From positions 1 through 27,162 of the IMG/VR virus record IMGVR_UViG_3300036815_000032: DNA of 27,162 nucleotides, one strand, 5' to 3'. Under the pieces are notes generated by a model that made no database searches, was not told where the DNA came from, and was given only the letters and a program-made list of their open reading frames with translations. Positions 25,163 through 27,162 of the stretch are shown here, piece by piece. Positions within the stretch are counted from its first letter, which is position 1; every line of letters starts with the position of its first letter. This stretch comes from a virus (Duplodnaviria; Caudoviricetes). The position numbers and the translations under genes are program-made.

Positions 25163-25590
25163 TTCTCAACGCTGAATGGCGAGCACACCGGCACGTTATA
25201 GCCGTTCTCCGTCTGCCACCCCGCCTTACCGCTGATCGTGATCTTCCACTGAATGAGTGGCGCACCGGGGATTGCGAACCGATACTTCAGGGCATCAACA
25301 CTGTTGCGCAGCGCGGACCAACTGTACGCACGCCAGAACGCCGAGGCGCCCGGCATGTAGGGTTGGTTGCCGTTCACGAGCGCATAGCGCCCCGACACAC
25401 CGTCCTCGGGATTGCCGCTGATCAGGTTCAGGGGCTTCCACTTCCAACGGTCGATCGGCCGGCCGTCCTTGATGGAGATGCCCCCGTCTTCCCACGCCTG
25501 GAGGAGGCAGAACGGAATCAGCACAAAGGCCATGACGAAGGCGGCCAGCAACTGTGCGATCTGAATCCCGATGAAGCGCAGCCAGATCAC
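25159..25590 (-). CDS. Hypothetical phage membrane-anchored protein
   Basis: N-terminal hydrophobic segment; motifs GNPEDGVSG and YSWSALRNS; coupled to its neighbours by 4-nt overlaps. Confidence 0.65.
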   Translation of the reverse strand: MIWLRFIGIQIAQLLAAFVMAFVLIPFCLLQAWEDGGISIKDGRPIDRWKWKPLNLISGNPEDGVSGRYALVNGNQPYMPGASAFWRAYSWSALRNSVDALKYRFAIPGAPLIQWKITISGKAGWQTENGYNVPVCSPFSVEK

Positions 25591-25961
25591 GTTGGCACCA
25601 CGCGCAGCAGCGTACCGTTGGAAGCGACACCCAAGAGCAGCCGGGCGCGTTCGCTCGTGCTGATGTCCCCCTCGCGCGCCTTAGCACAGTGACCAGGGAA
25701 GAACGCCTCCAGATCCTTGCCGATCCACCGCAGCAGCGATACCTGCCACCCGTAGAGATTCATCATCTTGAAGGCAGAGATCGCCGAGAGGTCGAGCGGG
25801 GTCAGTGGGGTGTGGATCGGGCTGGCGAGTGCCGCATCGTAGGTGCGCACGATCCAGCACAAGGAGCTGACCGTGATGTCGGCTTGGTTGAAGACGACCG
25901 CAGCGGCGAAACGATCGGCGCCAAGGGCGACCGTGTGAGAGTAGGTTCTATTCCAAGACAT
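25587..25961 (-). CDS. Hypothetical phage protein
   Basis: 124 aa with a D..A......D.TVSS...PGHC pattern that I recall from a small phage protein family. Confidence 0.6.
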   Translation of the reverse strand: MSWNRTYSHTVALGADRFAAAVVFNQADITVSSLCWIVRTYDAALASPIHTPLTPLDLSAISAFKMMNLYGWQVSLLRWIGKDLEAFFPGHCAKAREGDISTSERARLLLGVASNGTLLRVVPT

Positions 25962-26048
25962 CTTAGGGCCACCCCGTCTTTGAAATGGGTCCCCGGCTTG
26001 GGTCCCTCGCTAAAGACCCGCCGGGGTAGCCCGAACGCTACACGAGCC

Positions 26049-26402
26049 TCAGCCTACATCGCTACTTTCCATCTTTACCCATTCCACCTTTGACACCGGC
26101 ATCAGCGCATGGAACGCCACACGGTGCACTTCGGGGTCCGGGTTCTGGACGAGCTGCAGTAAGGCTAAGCGCATCTGCTCGGCGTACGCCTGACTGAATT
26201 CGAGTTGAGTCCTGAAGCGGTCGCGCGCCTCGGCGATGGCGTGCGCATCGAGCAGGTGATCCGGCAACCCCGGCTTGAGCAGCTCCTCCACGTCCCGCGC
26301 GAGGTACACCCGTGGCACTTGGTGCTTGGTCGCCCAGGCGATGGAATCAGGGTCGATCACATAGAGCAAGCCGTAGTACGGGGTTGGCATGTCGTTGGTC
26401 AT
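26049..26402 (-). CDS. Hypothetical protein
   Basis: Likely start is ATG 26402 (MTNDMPTP) with AAAGGGA SD. The longer 26729 start runs through repeat-rich, apparently non-coding DNA. Confidence 0.6.
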   Translation of the reverse strand: MTNDMPTPYYGLLYVIDPDSIAWATKHQVPRVYLARDVEELLKPGLPDHLLDAHAIAEARDRFRTQLEFSQAYAEQMRLALLQLVQNPDPEVHRVAFHALMPVSKVEWVKMESSDVG

Positions 26403-26450
26403 CGTTGGGTCCCTTTCGCTTTTAGCCCGGTGCCGGAGACTAATCACAAA

Positions 26451-26468
26451 TGGTTCCCATGGGAACCA
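26451..26468. promoter_or_regulatory. Perfect 18-bp palindrome, operator-like
   Basis: TGGTTCCCATGGGAACCA; a related site TGGTTCCCATAAGGAAC lies at 27117-27133. Confidence 0.55.
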
Positions 26469-26540
26469 CCTGCTACTCAATTCTGCTTTGAAGCATCTGC
26501 TACGTGGTTCTGCAAGAGAACCATCTGCTACGCGCTTCGT
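26463..26540. repeat. Three tandem 27-28-nt imperfect direct repeats
   Basis: GAACCACCTGCTAC (26463), GAAGCATCTGCTAC (26490) and GAACCATCTGCTAC (26518), each followed 4 nt later by TTC (TTCTGC in the first two). Confidence 0.8.
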
Positions 26541-26810
26541 GGAAGAGCTATGAGGCTGCGCAAGACTAAGCGCCGGTTTGCGTACTCCACCTCGTGGGTC
26601 CCTCAAAGGGGTCTCCCGCCCCCTTCGTGGATTTCCGATCGCGTGCGCGGCTAGCGGCGGCGCGCGGCGCTCGAAAAACACGCGGCGCCGAGGCCGGGCC
26701 AGGGGCGGGGGAGGTCGAGGGGGTGGCATGGTGCGTAGCAGGGTTACGCACGTAAGCCAGGAAACATGGGAAAAACTAGCGTTTGTGGCGGAGACCGACT
26801 CCGCCGCGCG

Positions 26811-27006
26811 ACATTGTCACGGTATGTCCCGGATCGGGTGTTAGCTTTTCGTGAACCGTGACATCCGTAAACCTATGATTCTGATTGACTGTCACTCTTG
26901 TCTTTACTTGTCTCTATTAAAGACTGACAGAGCTGAGGAAATGGACCCTATTTAGCCCTATGAAGGTATTTAGGCTGTGCCACATAGTGACAGCGTGACG
27001 GACAGC
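26811..27006. repeat. Cluster of TGTCAC/GTGACA-type short repeats in AT-richer DNA (origin-like)
   Basis: TGTCAC at 26815 and 26890; GTGACA at 26858 and 26987; TGACAG at 26925; GTGACG at 26995. Confidence 0.55.
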
Positions 27007-27162
27007 TCTCAGCCTATCGCCTCACGCAGCGGGTGCTATGCGGCTAGCACCCGCTACCTGGGCGCGTAAGCGCCGCGTTAGCGTGCGTGATTTCCCGCAC
27101 ATTTCCCGCTAATCCTTGGTTCCCATAAGGAACTCAGTAGCGTATGCTACGGGTCCAGGTGG

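Noticed and set aside
26463-26540. Possible mini-CRISPR array
   Set aside because: The period is only 27-28 nt with 3-4-nt variable gaps, so there are no real spacers, and no cas genes are present.
26403-26729. N-terminal extension of the 226-aa ORF
   Set aside because: It crosses palindromes, repeats and G/C tracts. A good SD and ATG exist at 26402.

Overview
The window is the virion-morphogenesis and lysis half of a GC-rich, short-tailed (podovirus-like) phage, probably infecting a Gram-negative host. Almost all genes are on the minus strand and tightly coupled. Reading right to left: a ~760-nt non-coding, repeat-rich region (candidate origin or packaging region), three small hypothetical genes, terminase small subunit, terminase large subunit split into two ORFs, portal, scaffold, epsilon15-gp10-like staple protein, major capsid protein, decoration and fibre genes, head-tail adaptor, nozzle, a GNAT-fold protein, a cluster of putative ejection proteins, tail-fibre-like genes, holin-like genes and a GH24 endolysin. 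The 3' end of a convergent helicase gene lies at the left edge. No integrase, tRNA or CRISPR array was seen. Best leads: (1) a ~230-nt highly structured element at 186-415 closed by a perfect 15-bp inverted repeat; (2) a recurrent AAAGTAG(AC)-plus-TAnnnT-like motif in front of six late-gene starts, a candidate phage late promoter; (3) a GNAT gene followed by four consecutive genes starting Met-Gly, three sharing MGxxxF[FW], which suggests N-terminal acylation of ejection proteins; (4) the split TerL; (5) a structured capsid-gene leader; (6) nested domain insertions in core virion proteins. All family assignments come from motif recall and synteny, not database searches.
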